Made by a program: the position numbers and the translations under genes. The notes beneath the pieces are model-generated. The model was not told the origin of the DNA. It saw nothing but the letters and a program-made list of their open reading frames with translations, and did not search any database. Shown one piece after another: positions 18,495-27,070 of a stretch of 47,213 nucleotides of DNA (position 1 is the first letter of the stretch; every line of letters starts with the position of its first letter). Source of the DNA: Cryomorphaceae bacterium (GTDB lineage Bacteria; Bacteroidota; Bacteroidia; Flavobacteriales; BACL11); assembly GCA_014384505.1 (NCBI GenBank), contig JACNFT010000055.1:1-47213 (forward strand), given 5' to 3'.

Positions 18495-19706
18495 ATGAAA
18501 TCACCAGAAGAATATATAGCATTAGAAGACAAGTATGGAGCGCATAATTACCACCCACTACCAGTTGTTTTGGCAAAAGGAGATGGTGTTTTTGTATGGG
18601 ATGTAGAGGGTAAAAAATATTATGACTTTTTGTCTTCTTACTCTGCAGTAAATCAGGGGCATTGTCATCCTAAAATTGTAGCTGCACTTAAAGAACAAGC
18701 TGATACTTTAACGCTTACTTCTCGTGCATTCCACAATGATGTATTAGGTCAGTATGAAGAATTTGTAACTAAACTTTTTGGTTATGATAAGGTTTTACCA
18801 ATGAATACTGGAGTTGAAGGAGGTGAGACTGCTAATAAATTAGCCCGAAAATGGGCTTATATGAAAAAGGGTATTGAAAAAAATAAAGCTAGAATTATTT
18901 TTGCCAAGGGTAATTTTTGGGGGAGAACACTTGCTGCAATCTCTAGTTCTGACGACCCTTCTTCTTATGAGGGTTTCGGTCCTTTTATGCCAGGATATGA
19001 TTTGATTCCATATAATGATCTTGAAGCACTAGAAACAGAGCTTAAAGATTTTAATGTTTGTGCTTTTATGGTTGAACCAATTCAAGGAGAAGCTGGTGTA
19101 GTTGTTCCTGATGAAGGTTATTTGGCAGGTGTAAGGAAATTGTGTGATAAATATAACGTTTTATTTATTGCTGATGAAGTCCAAACTGGTATTGCCCGAA
19201 CTGGAAAGATGCTTGCCTGTGATTATGAAGATGCTAGACCAGATTTATTAATTCTTGGAAAAGCTATTTCTGGAGGAGTTTTTCCTGTATCAGCCGTATT
19301 AGCTGATGATGAAATTATGCTTTGTATTCAGCCTGGAGAGCATGGTTCTACTTTTGGTGGTAATCCTCTTGCTTGTAAAGTAGCACAAGCTGCTCTTGAA
19401 GTAGTAATAGATGAAAATCTTGCTGAAAATGCATATAGATTAGGGAAGATATTTAGAAGAGAATTACGAGCTTTCGATAACGATATGATTACTCTTGTTA
19501 GAGGTAGAGGATTACTTAATGCCATTGTGATAAAACCTAAAGACGGGAAAGAAGCATGGGATGTCTGTTTAAAATTAAGAGATAACGGTTTGTTAGCAAA
19601 ACCAACTCATGGAGATATTATTCGTTTTGCCCCTCCTTTGGTAATTACGGAAGATCAATTAATGGACTGTATCGCCATTATTAAAAAGACTATTCTTTCT
19701 TTTTAA
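18495..19706 (+). CDS. rocD: ornithine--oxo-acid aminotransferase
   Basis: 403 aa. [13 protein letters not shown]..., [24 protein letters not shown]-Lys region [10 protein letters not shown]. Confidence 0.85.
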   Translation: MKSPEEYIALEDKYGAHNYHPLPVVLAKGDGVFVWDVEGKKYYDFLSSYSAVNQGHCHPKIVAALKEQADTLTLTSRAFHNDVLGQYEEFVTKLFGYDKVLPMNTGVEGGETANKLARKWAYMKKGIEKNKARIIFAKGNFWGRTLAAISSSDDPSSYEGFGPFMPGYDLIPYNDLEALETELKDFNVCAFMVEPIQGEAGVVVPDEGYLAGVRKLCDKYNVLFIADEVQTGIARTGKMLACDYEDARPDLLILGKAISGGVFPVSAVLADDEIMLCIQPGEHGSTFGGNPLACKVAQAALEVVIDENLAENAYRLGKIFRRELRAFDNDMITLVRGRGLLNAIVIKPKDGKEAWDVCLKLRDNGLLAKPTHGDIIRFAPPLVITEDQLMDCIAIIKKTILSF

Positions 19707-19746
19707 ATTTGAGGTAAAACTTCAGATTTCCTACAGATTTCAAACT

Positions 19747-19754
19747 TATTTTTG
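19747..19754 (+). promoter_or_regulatory. -7 box TATTTTTG upstream of the TonB-dependent receptor gene
   Basis: TAnnTTTG match 15 nt upstream of the GTG at 19769. Confidence 0.4.
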
Positions 19755-19768
19755 CATAAATTTTTGAA

Positions 19769-21844
19769 GTGAAAAACTTTGTAATTATATTTTGTATGCT
19801 TTTGACCTATTTTTCTTTTTCTCAGAATCAAAAGGAAGCTATTGTGTTTGATAGAAAGTTAGAAGAAGTAACTATCTCTGCTACAAAAACAGCTAAGTCA
19901 ATAGCTAAATTACCTATTCCTGTTATGATAATTTCTGAAAAGGAAATTGAAGAGTTTGGTTCAAGTAAATTATTTGATGTAATTAAAAGGCAAACAGGCA
20001 TTGTAAGTGTTACTACAAAAACAGGAACTGAAGGATTGCAAATGCAAGGTTTAGACGCCTCATACACCACAATACTTCTTGACGGCTTCCCGATTATTGG
20101 AAGATCATTTGGCGCTTTAGATTTAAATAGGATTGCATTAGTTGATGTTGAAAAAATTGAAGTTATAAAAGGAGCTTCATCAAGTTTATATGGATCCAAT
20201 GCCTTGGGAGGAGTGATAAACCTGGTAAGTAAAAAGAAACTTATTGATGGGAAAAGCACTACTTTTTCATTAAAACATGCTACTCATAATACAACTAATG
20301 CTAGTTTAATTTATCAATATAAAAAAGAACATCTTCAACTTTCTAATTCTTTCGATTATTATAATTCAGATGGTTATGATTTGATAGATTCTGATAAGCT
20401 TAGTACTGTTAATCCTTATTCCAATTATACAATTAGCTCTAATTTAAAATATGGAATTTCTGATAAAATTTTATTAAATACAAATGCTCGCTATTATAAA
20501 CAAGAGCAAGTGTATACTGCTGAGCATTTAAACTCTTTACTAAAAGGAAAAAGCAATATTGAGGAGTGGAGTTTGGGTAGTTCACTTAAATACTTGATGA
20601 GTTCTAATTTTAATCAGCAGATAGATGTTTATAAAACTAACTATAGGGCAGACGAGTTTTTAAATACGGAAGAAGGTATATTGCATGATAATAATTATTT
20701 TGATCATATATTATTGCAATCTGAATTGAAATCATATTTTACCTACAAAGGATTAAATACTGTTATCGGTTTTGGTATGACAAAAGAAGAATTATCCAGA
20801 AGAGATTTTTCAAATAATCCAAAGCAAGATTTAAAATTTTTGTACGGACAATTGGATGCAACTGCTTTTGATAAATTAAATATTATATTGGGAAGTAGAT
20901 ATGATTCTTATACTGATTATACTCCAGTAATTTCTAATAAATTAGCTTTAGGAATTCCGATTACTAAAAAACTGAATATAAACAGTTCTGTTGGTTCGGG
21001 TTTTAAAACTCCTGATTTCAGACAAAAATATTTTGATTTTACAAACTCAACTATTGGCTATACTGTACTTGGTAGAGATGTTGCCTTTGATAGACTAGCC
21101 ACTATGCAGGCTGAAGGGATGATACAGGAAATAGTTCCATTTTCTGAATTAATATCTCCTTTAAAATCAGAAACTTCAATAAACCTTAATCTGGGAATAA
21201 AATATTATCCTACCCATAACTTAACTTTTGACGTAAACTTGTTTAATAATAAGGTGAATGATTTGATTGAATGGCAATTAGTAGCCAAAGGTGTAAATAA
21301 TACAAATATCTATAGTTATTTTAATATTAACCAGGTTGAAACCAAAGGGCTAGAATTTAACGCTAGCTATAAAAAAACAAATAATTTGGAAATTAAATTT
21401 GGCTACCAACTGCTTTACGCATATGATACGGAGGTTGTAAAAGATATTGAAAAAGATGATAGTGATTATTACGCTTTGAATACAGAAACATTAACAAGTG
21501 TCAGGCTTAACAAAGAGGATTACTTTGGATTGTTTAATAGATCCAGACATATGGGGAATATTAAACTAAACTATAATCTAAACGATAAAACAGAATTAAA
21601 TACCATACTTACCTATAGAAGTAAATATGCCCTTTCTGATTCTAATGGAAATGAAATCTTAGATACTTATGATAAATTTGTGGTTGGGTATAGTTTATGT
21701 GATGTAGCTATTACTCACCAAATAAACTCACTCAAATCTTGTCAAATAGGCGTTAAGAATATCTTTGGATTTACAAACCCAGAGTTTATAAGTAATATCA
21801 CAGGAAGGCTATATTATATGAGCTTTAAAGTCAATTTTAAATAA
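19769..21844 (+). CDS. TonB-dependent outer-membrane receptor
   Basis: 691 aa with signal peptide. Plug domain (LDGFPIIGR, IEVIKGASSSLYGSNALGGVINLV), then a long beta-barrel with aromatic-rich alternating strands. Confidence 0.85.
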   Translation: MKNFVIIFCMLLTYFSFSQNQKEAIVFDRKLEEVTISATKTAKSIAKLPIPVMIISEKEIEEFGSSKLFDVIKRQTGIVSVTTKTGTEGLQMQGLDASYTTILLDGFPIIGRSFGALDLNRIALVDVEKIEVIKGASSSLYGSNALGGVINLVSKKKLIDGKSTTFSLKHATHNTTNASLIYQYKKEHLQLSNSFDYYNSDGYDLIDSDKLSTVNPYSNYTISSNLKYGISDKILLNTNARYYKQEQVYTAEHLNSLLKGKSNIEEWSLGSSLKYLMSSNFNQQIDVYKTNYRADEFLNTEEGILHDNNYFDHILLQSELKSYFTYKGLNTVIGFGMTKEELSRRDFSNNPKQDLKFLYGQLDATAFDKLNIILGSRYDSYTDYTPVISNKLALGIPITKKLNINSSVGSGFKTPDFRQKYFDFTNSTIGYTVLGRDVAFDRLATMQAEGMIQEIVPFSELISPLKSETSINLNLGIKYYPTHNLTFDVNLFNNKVNDLIEWQLVAKGVNNTNIYSYFNINQVETKGLEFNASYKKTNNLEIKFGYQLLYAYDTEVVKDIEKDDSDYYALNTETLTSVRLNKEDYFGLFNRSRHMGNIKLNYNLNDKTELNTILTYRSKYALSDSNGNEILDTYDKFVVGYSLCDVAITHQINSLKSCQIGVKNIFGFTNPEFISNITGRLYYMSFKVNFK

Positions 21845-21856
21845 ATACAACTACTT

Positions 21857-21898
21857 AATAATAATAATAATAATAATAACAATAACAATAACAATAAC
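21857..21898. repeat. trinucleotide microsatellite (AAT)7 followed by (AAC-AAT)3-AAC
   Basis: Read directly. Occupies almost the whole 58-nt gap between the receptor stop and the next ATG. Confidence 0.9.
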
Positions 21899-21902
21899 AA
21901 AA

Positions 21903-22415
21903 ATGAAAACAAAAATGAAAACAAAAACAATTTTATCAGTATGCATGTTAACAGTTTTACTTTATGCATGTACAAAAAATTCTGTAAGACCAGAAGTGCT
22001 TACAGACTGTATGGGGGTAGAAAATGGAGTTGCTACTTATGATGACTGCCGTGATTGTCATCAATCATATATATATAATTTTGTAACACATGTACCAACT
22101 TATATAGATGATACTACAGGATTAGTGTTAGATACATCATCTGAAATGCTTATATTAGCTGGATCTGCTCAGGATATAGCTTCTAATCCAAATTGGAATG
22201 CTTGTATTGATTGTATGGGTACTGCAAATGGATTAGCAGCTATGGATGATAGTAGTTGTTGTCATCAATCATATATATATAATGATTCAACGCATGTTCA
22301 AATGGATATTGATGACACTACAGGATTAGTATTAGGAACCAATGAAATGGTTATTTTAGCTGGATCTGCTCTTGATATAATGTTCAATCCAAATTGGAAT
22401 ACTGGCTGCAAATAA
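21903..22415 (+). CDS. lipoprotein with two tandem ~67-aa Cys-bracketed repeats (hypothetical)
   Basis: 170 aa. Duplicated MKTK-MKTK start and lipobox LLYAC. The two repeats are DCMGxxNGxAxxDDxxxCHQSYIYN...IDDTTGLVL...ILAGSAxDIxxNPNWNxxC. Confidence 0.7.
   Translation: MKTKMKTKTILSVCMLTVLLYACTKNSVRPEVLTDCMGVENGVATYDDCRDCHQSYIYNFVTHVPTYIDDTTGLVLDTSSEMLILAGSAQDIASNPNWNACIDCMGTANGLAAMDDSSCCHQSYIYNDSTHVQMDIDDTTGLVLGTNEMVILAGSALDIMFNPNWNTGCK
22005..22409. repeat. intragenic tandem duplication (2 x ~201 bp) within the lipoprotein gene
   Basis: Units at 22005-22205 and 22209-22409 share long identical stretches (tgtcatcaatcatatatatataat, acaggattagt, ttagctggatctgctc). Confidence 0.85.
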
Positions 22416-22419
22416 AAAC

Positions 22420-23055
22420 ATGAAACACACTATTTTCTTTTTTCTACTTAGTTTTTTGCTTTTCACCTCTTGTGAAAAGAGTAGTACTGAGGAAATCCTT
22501 TGGTGGCATAATGCTGATGTTGTTGAGCTAAATGCAAGTGATTTTGAGCTTAATATTGCTGACACATTAGCAACAGGAGATTTTATTAAGTTTAGTTTCT
22601 CTGAGGGAAGCATTGTAACTAATGAAGATTGGGATGTTGCTTTTAGAGGTACTACTCTTATTGTAAATGGTGGAGAAAAAGCCAATAATGATCAGCCTGG
22701 TCGCACGGGTGATGCTGCTGTTTATATTGCCACCGGAAGTATGTCAGAAATAAACAGTGTTGATACCAATAGTTTATTACAAGATAATAGTTCTGGTTCT
22801 GCAATACTAAATAATATAATGATAGACGATTTAGGAGTGTCTGGACAAGGATGGGCTTCATATAGTTTGAGTACCCACTTATTTTCCCCAAGAGCAGGTA
22901 GAATATTGGTTTTCAGAACTCATGATAATAAATATGCTAAAATGGAGATTATTTATTTTTATGACAGCCTTAATCCTGATACGGGAAGTGGAGATATTGG
23001 TGGATATTATACATTTAACTATGTGTATCAATCAACAGGAGAAATTAATTTCTAA
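22420..23055 (+). CDS. HmuY-like lipoprotein (putative haem/tetrapyrrole- or ligand-binding partner of the receptor)
   Basis: 211 aa. Lipobox LLFTSC. DWDVAFRGTTLIVNGG and an all-beta C-part resemble the HmuY-like family, which sits next to TonB-dependent receptors (from memory). Confidence 0.55.
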   Translation: MKHTIFFFLLSFLLFTSCEKSSTEEILWWHNADVVELNASDFELNIADTLATGDFIKFSFSEGSIVTNEDWDVAFRGTTLIVNGGEKANNDQPGRTGDAAVYIATGSMSEINSVDTNSLLQDNSSGSAILNNIMIDDLGVSGQGWASYSLSTHLFSPRAGRILVFRTHDNKYAKMEIIYFYDSLNPDTGSGDIGGYYTFNYVYQSTGEINF

Positions 23056-23072
23056 AAAATGAAAAAACAATT

Positions 23073-23110
23073 AAGGACTTGCTTATTTTTGCAAGTCCTT
23101 AATTGTTTTA
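23073..23110 (+). terminator. hairpin terminator after the HmuY-like gene
   Basis: aaggacttgc-ttattttt-gcaagtcctt (10-bp stem) followed by a T-rich stretch. Confidence 0.6.
23084..23091 (+). promoter_or_regulatory. possible -7 box TATTTTTG embedded in the terminator loop, upstream of 23124
   Basis: TAnnTTTG match 33 nt upstream of the ATG at 23124. Could be coincidental. Confidence 0.25.
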
Positions 23111-23123
23111 ATAAAATATTCTA

Positions 23124-23318
23124 ATGGCAATCAAAAATTTATTTAAATCAAAGTTTTTGAGTAAATATACTCAAATTTATAAGCAAGGTGGTTTCAAGGG
23201 GGTTATTAAAGAAGGTGGTTGGAAAATAGTAATTTATTTCTTTTTATTTTACTTAGTTAGAGATTCATTTCTGTACATAATTCTACCTTATTTTTTTATG
23301 AAAGGGGTTTTCTCTTAA
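23124..23318 (+). CDS. small membrane protein (hypothetical)
   Basis: 64 aa. Basic amphipathic N-half and one aromatic-rich TM (IVIYFFLFYLV...ILPYFFM). No family recognised. Confidence 0.4.
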   Translation: MAIKNLFKSKFLSKYTQIYKQGGFKGVIKEGGWKIVIYFFLFYLVRDSFLYIILPYFFMKGVFS

Positions 23319-23362
23319 CGGCTAAGAATTATTCTATTGCTATTTAAAAACACATAAATTAT

Positions 23363-23593
23363 ATGAAAGCTAAATTAGTATGGAGTTTTAGTGGGGAAGG
23401 CGCATTAAAAACTGCCGAACATCATCTTATACATTTAAAAGAGTATTCCGATAAAGAAAAAGTTCAGGTTATAGAATTCGGAACCCAGCAACAAACTGAA
23501 TTTACTGCAATCGCTTTTATTATTGTAACGAAAGACTTGGTAAACGACTTACGACAAAGTTTAAAGCCTCATCAAGGCTTTTTGGTGGAATAA
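23363..23593 (+). CDS. small soluble protein (hypothetical)
   Basis: 76 aa. No signal peptide and no recognised motif; alternating pattern suggests an alpha/beta fold. Confidence 0.4.
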   Translation: MKAKLVWSFSGEGALKTAEHHLIHLKEYSDKEKVQVIEFGTQQQTEFTAIAFIIVTKDLVNDLRQSLKPHQGFLVE

Positions 23594-23626
23594 TATAAAA
23601 ACCATTTTCTTTCGTATTTTCGCACC

Positions 23627-24070
23627 ATGTATTCGGCTATTCTTATATCACATATTGTTATTAGTATTCTGCTCATTTTATTGGCGATTTATATTGTAAT
23701 GCGTTCGCTTTTTGGGGTATTTGGGAAAGTTAATTTCTCTATATTTCATGATATAAAGTTACCAATTGTAGCAGTTATATTTTTGTATTTGGAGCTTATT
23801 CTAGGTGTTCTGCTTTATGCGATTTACATTAACAAACTGGAGATTTTAATCTCTCAGGTAAATGCTAATGCTTATTTTTCGGCTCGTTTTTGGGCAGTGG
23901 AACATGCTATTCTCATGTTATTTGCTATAATATTTGGGCATTTGGGTTTGGTATATGCTAAGAATTTGGAAGATGATAGGCAGAAGTTTAAAAAGAACTT
24001 TTTGTATTTTGGATTATCATTTGTACTTATTTTTATTTCAATCACAATGAATATGTTTCGAAATGCTTAA
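23627..24070 (+). CDS. 4-TM membrane protein with intramembrane histidines (hypothetical)
   Basis: 147 aa with four predicted TM helices. His in or near TM1 (SHIV) and twice in TM3 (VEHAI, FGHLG). Its 3' end overlaps the response-regulator start by 8 nt. Confidence 0.55.
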   Translation: MYSAILISHIVISILLILLAIYIVMRSLFGVFGKVNFSIFHDIKLPIVAVIFLYLELILGVLLYAIYINKLEILISQVNANAYFSARFWAVEHAILMLFAIIFGHLGLVYAKNLEDDRQKFKKNFLYFGLSFVLIFISITMNMFRNA

Positions 24071-24752
24071 AAAACATAATATACTAGTAGTTGAGGATGA
24101 ATTAGAATTAGCTAAATCAACTATTTCTTCTTTATCAGAAAATGGATTTTTACCTTTTCATGCTAAAGATTTAAATTCAGCCAGAAAATTATTGAAACAA
24201 GAAAAATTTGCTGCTGTACTTTTGGATTTAGGCTTGCCTGATGGAGATGGTATTTCTTTGATAAAAGAAATAAAAAACACTAAAATTGAAATTGGCTTGA
24301 TTATTGTTTCGGCCAAAGATGCTTTGGAAAAAAAAGTACAGGGTTTAGAATTAGGGGCGGATGATTATTTAACTAAACCTTTCTTTTTTTCAGAACTAAA
24401 TGCTCGTTTAAAATCAGTTATAAGAAGATTAAATTTAGAAGATAATCAGCAATTAACCATTAATGAAATTACTTTATTCCCTGAAGAAATGCGTACATTG
24501 ATTCATGGTGATATAGTTGAGCTAACGGGAAAAGAGTTTGGTTTGCTTTTATACTTTTTTTCTAATCCTAACAGAGTGATTTCTAAAACTACTTTAGGTG
24601 AGTTTATGTCATCAAGCTATGCTGACTATGGTTTTACTGATGATGTAGTCTATACACATATTAAAAACCTGAAAAAGAAAATTACAAATAGTGGTGGAGA
24701 TGATTATATCAAAAATGTTTATGGTGTAGGTTATAAATTTACTGTAGCATGA
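24063..24752 (+). CDS. OmpR/PhoB-family response regulator
   Basis: 229 aa. Receiver domain with VLLDLGLPDGDG and conserved Lys (TKP). Winged-helix C-terminus ...VYGVGYKF. Confidence 0.9.
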   Translation: MLKKHNILVVEDELELAKSTISSLSENGFLPFHAKDLNSARKLLKQEKFAAVLLDLGLPDGDGISLIKEIKNTKIEIGLIIVSAKDALEKKVQGLELGADDYLTKPFFFSELNARLKSVIRRLNLEDNQQLTINEITLFPEEMRTLIHGDIVELTGKEFGLLLYFFSNPNRVISKTTLGEFMSSSYADYGFTDDVVYTHIKNLKKKITNSGGDDYIKNVYGVGYKFTVA

Positions 24753-25987
24753 AATTATTAACGAAAACTTCTCTTAATTTTATTTCGGCTTCAGTTATTT
24801 TCTTCCTTCTTGGAAGTGTCGCTATGTATTTTTCAGTGCGTAACATCATAGCTGAGGATTTGCAAAACCGATTGTTACAACAGCAAAAGGATTTTTTTTA
24901 TACTGCTGATCAAAATAATCTTACTGACTTATCGTCCAAATTAGTATTTATTCAAATTACCGATAAAGAAATAATACATTCTTTTTCAGACACGGTCTTA
25001 ATCGTAAATGATTCCTATATTCTTTATCGAAAACTGCAATTTTCTTATTTGAAAGATGAACAATATTATAATGTAAGTATCTTGAAAAACCAAAGCCAAA
25101 GTGATTCATTGATCAAAAAAATAGTAATTATGAATGTTGGTTTTGCTATGCTCTTTTTCCTAATTATGTTTTTTGTGAATAGGCATTCTATTAAAAGTGC
25201 GCTTAGTGTTTTTTACAGTACCATCCGTAAGTTAGAAGATTTTGAACTTAGTAAATTACAAACACTAACCCTTGAAACTGCTGAGGTTCAGGAAATAAAA
25301 AAACTGAATGAAGTATTTGAGAAAATGGCCACTCAAATTTATAATGATTTTGAAGCCCAGAAAGAATATACTGAAAATGTATCACATGAATTGCAAACAC
25401 CTTTAGCAATTATAAGTTCCAAAGCAGATGAGCTAATGCAGGCAGATAATCTTTCCAAAGAACAGATGGAGCAATTGGAGCTACTTTTGGAAACGACCAA
25501 CCGACTATCTAAAATCAATCAGGCACTTATTTTCCTTACCAAAATTGACAACCGTTTTTATACCCAGGGATCATCCTTTTCGTTAAATGATTTAATTAAG
25601 GAAAAACTACAAATTTTTGAGACTGCAATTCAAGATAAAAATTTGAAGTTGGAACTAGATTTATTAGATATTACTCAAATTTATATGAATCCTTATTTGG
25701 CAGAAACCTTAATTATTAACCTTATTAAAAATGCAATTATACATAATTCAAATGGAGGTTTGTTGCGTATTCATTTAAGTAATAATATCTTGAGTATTTC
25801 TAATAGTGGCTCTCCACTTTCATTCCCTGAAAAGGATATCTTTAAAAGATTTACAAGAAGTGAGAATAGTAAAAAGAATCTTGGTATTGGGCTTTCAATT
25901 GTGCAAAGGATTTGTGAATTGTACACTTTCAAAATTGCTTATACTTATGCTAGTGTACATCAATTTAAAATAATTTTTAAAAAATAA
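24749..25987 (+). CDS. sensor histidine kinase (two TM, ~100-aa periplasmic loop)
   Basis: 412 aa. H-box SHELQTPL, N-box LIKNAIIHN, G-box GIGLSIV. 4-nt overlap with the regulator gene. Confidence 0.9.
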   Translation: MKLLTKTSLNFISASVIFFLLGSVAMYFSVRNIIAEDLQNRLLQQQKDFFYTADQNNLTDLSSKLVFIQITDKEIIHSFSDTVLIVNDSYILYRKLQFSYLKDEQYYNVSILKNQSQSDSLIKKIVIMNVGFAMLFFLIMFFVNRHSIKSALSVFYSTIRKLEDFELSKLQTLTLETAEVQEIKKLNEVFEKMATQIYNDFEAQKEYTENVSHELQTPLAIISSKADELMQADNLSKEQMEQLELLLETTNRLSKINQALIFLTKIDNRFYTQGSSFSLNDLIKEKLQIFETAIQDKNLKLELDLLDITQIYMNPYLAETLIINLIKNAIIHNSNGGLLRIHLSNNILSISNSGSPLSFPEKDIFKRFTRSENSKKNLGIGLSIVQRICELYTFKIAYTYASVHQFKIIFKK

Positions 25988-25990
25988 ATA

Positions 25991-26266
25991 ATGAATATAC
26001 TAGAATTAATTAACGACACAGCAACCACTATTGTTGATGTGAGAACAGAGATTGAATTTGAAGAAGGAAATGTAGAAGGGTCAATAAATATCCCTTTACA
26101 TAATATAATTGAAAAGGTTGAAGAATTAAAGGCAATGCAGCCTTTAGTTTTGTGTTGTCTTTCAGGAGGTAGAAGCGGACAAGCTACAGCCTTTTTACAA
26201 GCTCAGGGTTGTGATGATGTACATAATGGAGGGGGTTGGGAATTTGTAGATGCTCAAAAACGATAA
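25991..26266 (+). CDS. single-domain rhodanese (sulfurtransferase)
   Basis: 91 aa. Active-site loop CCLSGGRS (CxxGxR). Confidence 0.85.
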   Translation: MNILELINDTATTIVDVRTEIEFEEGNVEGSINIPLHNIIEKVEELKAMQPLVLCCLSGGRSGQATAFLQAQGCDDVHNGGGWEFVDAQKR

Positions 26267-26271
26267 TATCC

Positions 26272-27069
26272 TTGGAAACCTTTAATATATTAGGTGTTAT
26301 TGGAGCGCTAGTTATTGGCGTAGTTCTTGGTATAACAGGAGGTGGTGGTTCTATTTTAACAGTTCCTATTCTTGTTTACCTTTTAGGTGTTATGCCTATT
26401 ACTGCAACTGCTTATTCCTTATTTATTGTAGGAACAACTTCATTGTTTGGTACATTCCGTAATATAATGAAACGGATGATTGATTTTCGTGTTGCTTTTG
26501 TATTTTCAATTCCGGCATTTATTGCAGTTTATTTAACTCGCAAGCTGATTATCCCGTCAATACCTACTATTATTTTTACAGTTCAAGACTTTGTTTTAAC
26601 TAAGGATTTGGCTATAATGATTTTCTTTGCATTTATTATGTTTTTTGCTGGAATCTCTATGCTAAGATCAAGGAAGAGTATTAAGGTTAAACAAGTTAGT
26701 GAATTTAACTACTTTATTATAATTATTGAAGGTTTTGTAGTTGGAATTCTTACTGGCCTTGTAGGAGCAGGTGGAGGTTTCTTAATCATTCCTGCCTTAG
26801 TGTTATTTGCTAATTTACCAATGAAAAGGGCAGTAGCTACCTCCCTTATGATTATTTCCATAAAATCATTAATTGGCTTTTTAGGTGATATTGGAAATAT
26901 TGAAATTGATTGGGAGTTTCTGCTTATGTTTTCAATATTATCTATTATTGGAATTATTATTGGAATTTATCTTAGTAATTTTATAGACGGAAAAAAAATT
27001 AAAAAAGCTTTTGGTTGGTTTGTACTAGTCATGGCAATATATATCATAATTAAAGAAATACTATTTTAA
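26272..27069 (+). CDS. TauE/SafE family sulfite/anion exporter
   Basis: Multi-TM protein with duplicated G-rich motifs (GITGGGGSILTVP and GLVGAGGGFLIIPAL). The track ORF (TTG 26236) overlaps the rhodanese gene. The TTG at 26272, just after the rhodanese stop, is more plausible but uncertain. Confidence 0.8.
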   Translation: METFNILGVIGALVIGVVLGITGGGGSILTVPILVYLLGVMPITATAYSLFIVGTTSLFGTFRNIMKRMIDFRVAFVFSIPAFIAVYLTRKLIIPSIPTIIFTVQDFVLTKDLAIMIFFAFIMFFAGISMLRSRKSIKVKQVSEFNYFIIIIEGFVVGILTGLVGAGGGFLIIPALVLFANLPMKRAVATSLMIISIKSLIGFLGDIGNIEIDWEFLLMFSILSIIGIIIGIYLSNFIDGKKIKKAFGWFVLVMAIYIIIKEILF

Positions 27070-27070
27070 A

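Noticed and set aside
9656-20259. Track ORFs 9656..9925, 10838..11089, 11026..11235, 11700..12002, 12078..12281, 15114..15458, 17134..17403, 17473..17664, 18159..18344, 18166..18402, 19328..19525, 19828..20259
   Set aside because: Shadow ORFs nested within mutL, the GH3 fusion, bshA, rlmD, rocD and the TonB-dependent receptor. No independent signals support them.
22047-22061. CRDCH in repeat 1 of the 170-aa lipoprotein as a c-type haem attachment site (CxxCH)
   Set aside because: The equivalent position in repeat 2 is SSCCH, not CxxCH. The surrounding DCxGxxNGxAxxDxCxxC pattern is a common disulfide-type module in Bacteroidota surface proteins. The haem idea is kept only as a testable side note.
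23059-23124. 21-aa ORF (MKKQLRTCLFLQVLNCFNKIF) after the HmuY-like gene
   Set aside because: It is composed almost entirely of the terminator hairpin sequence, so it is most likely non-coding.
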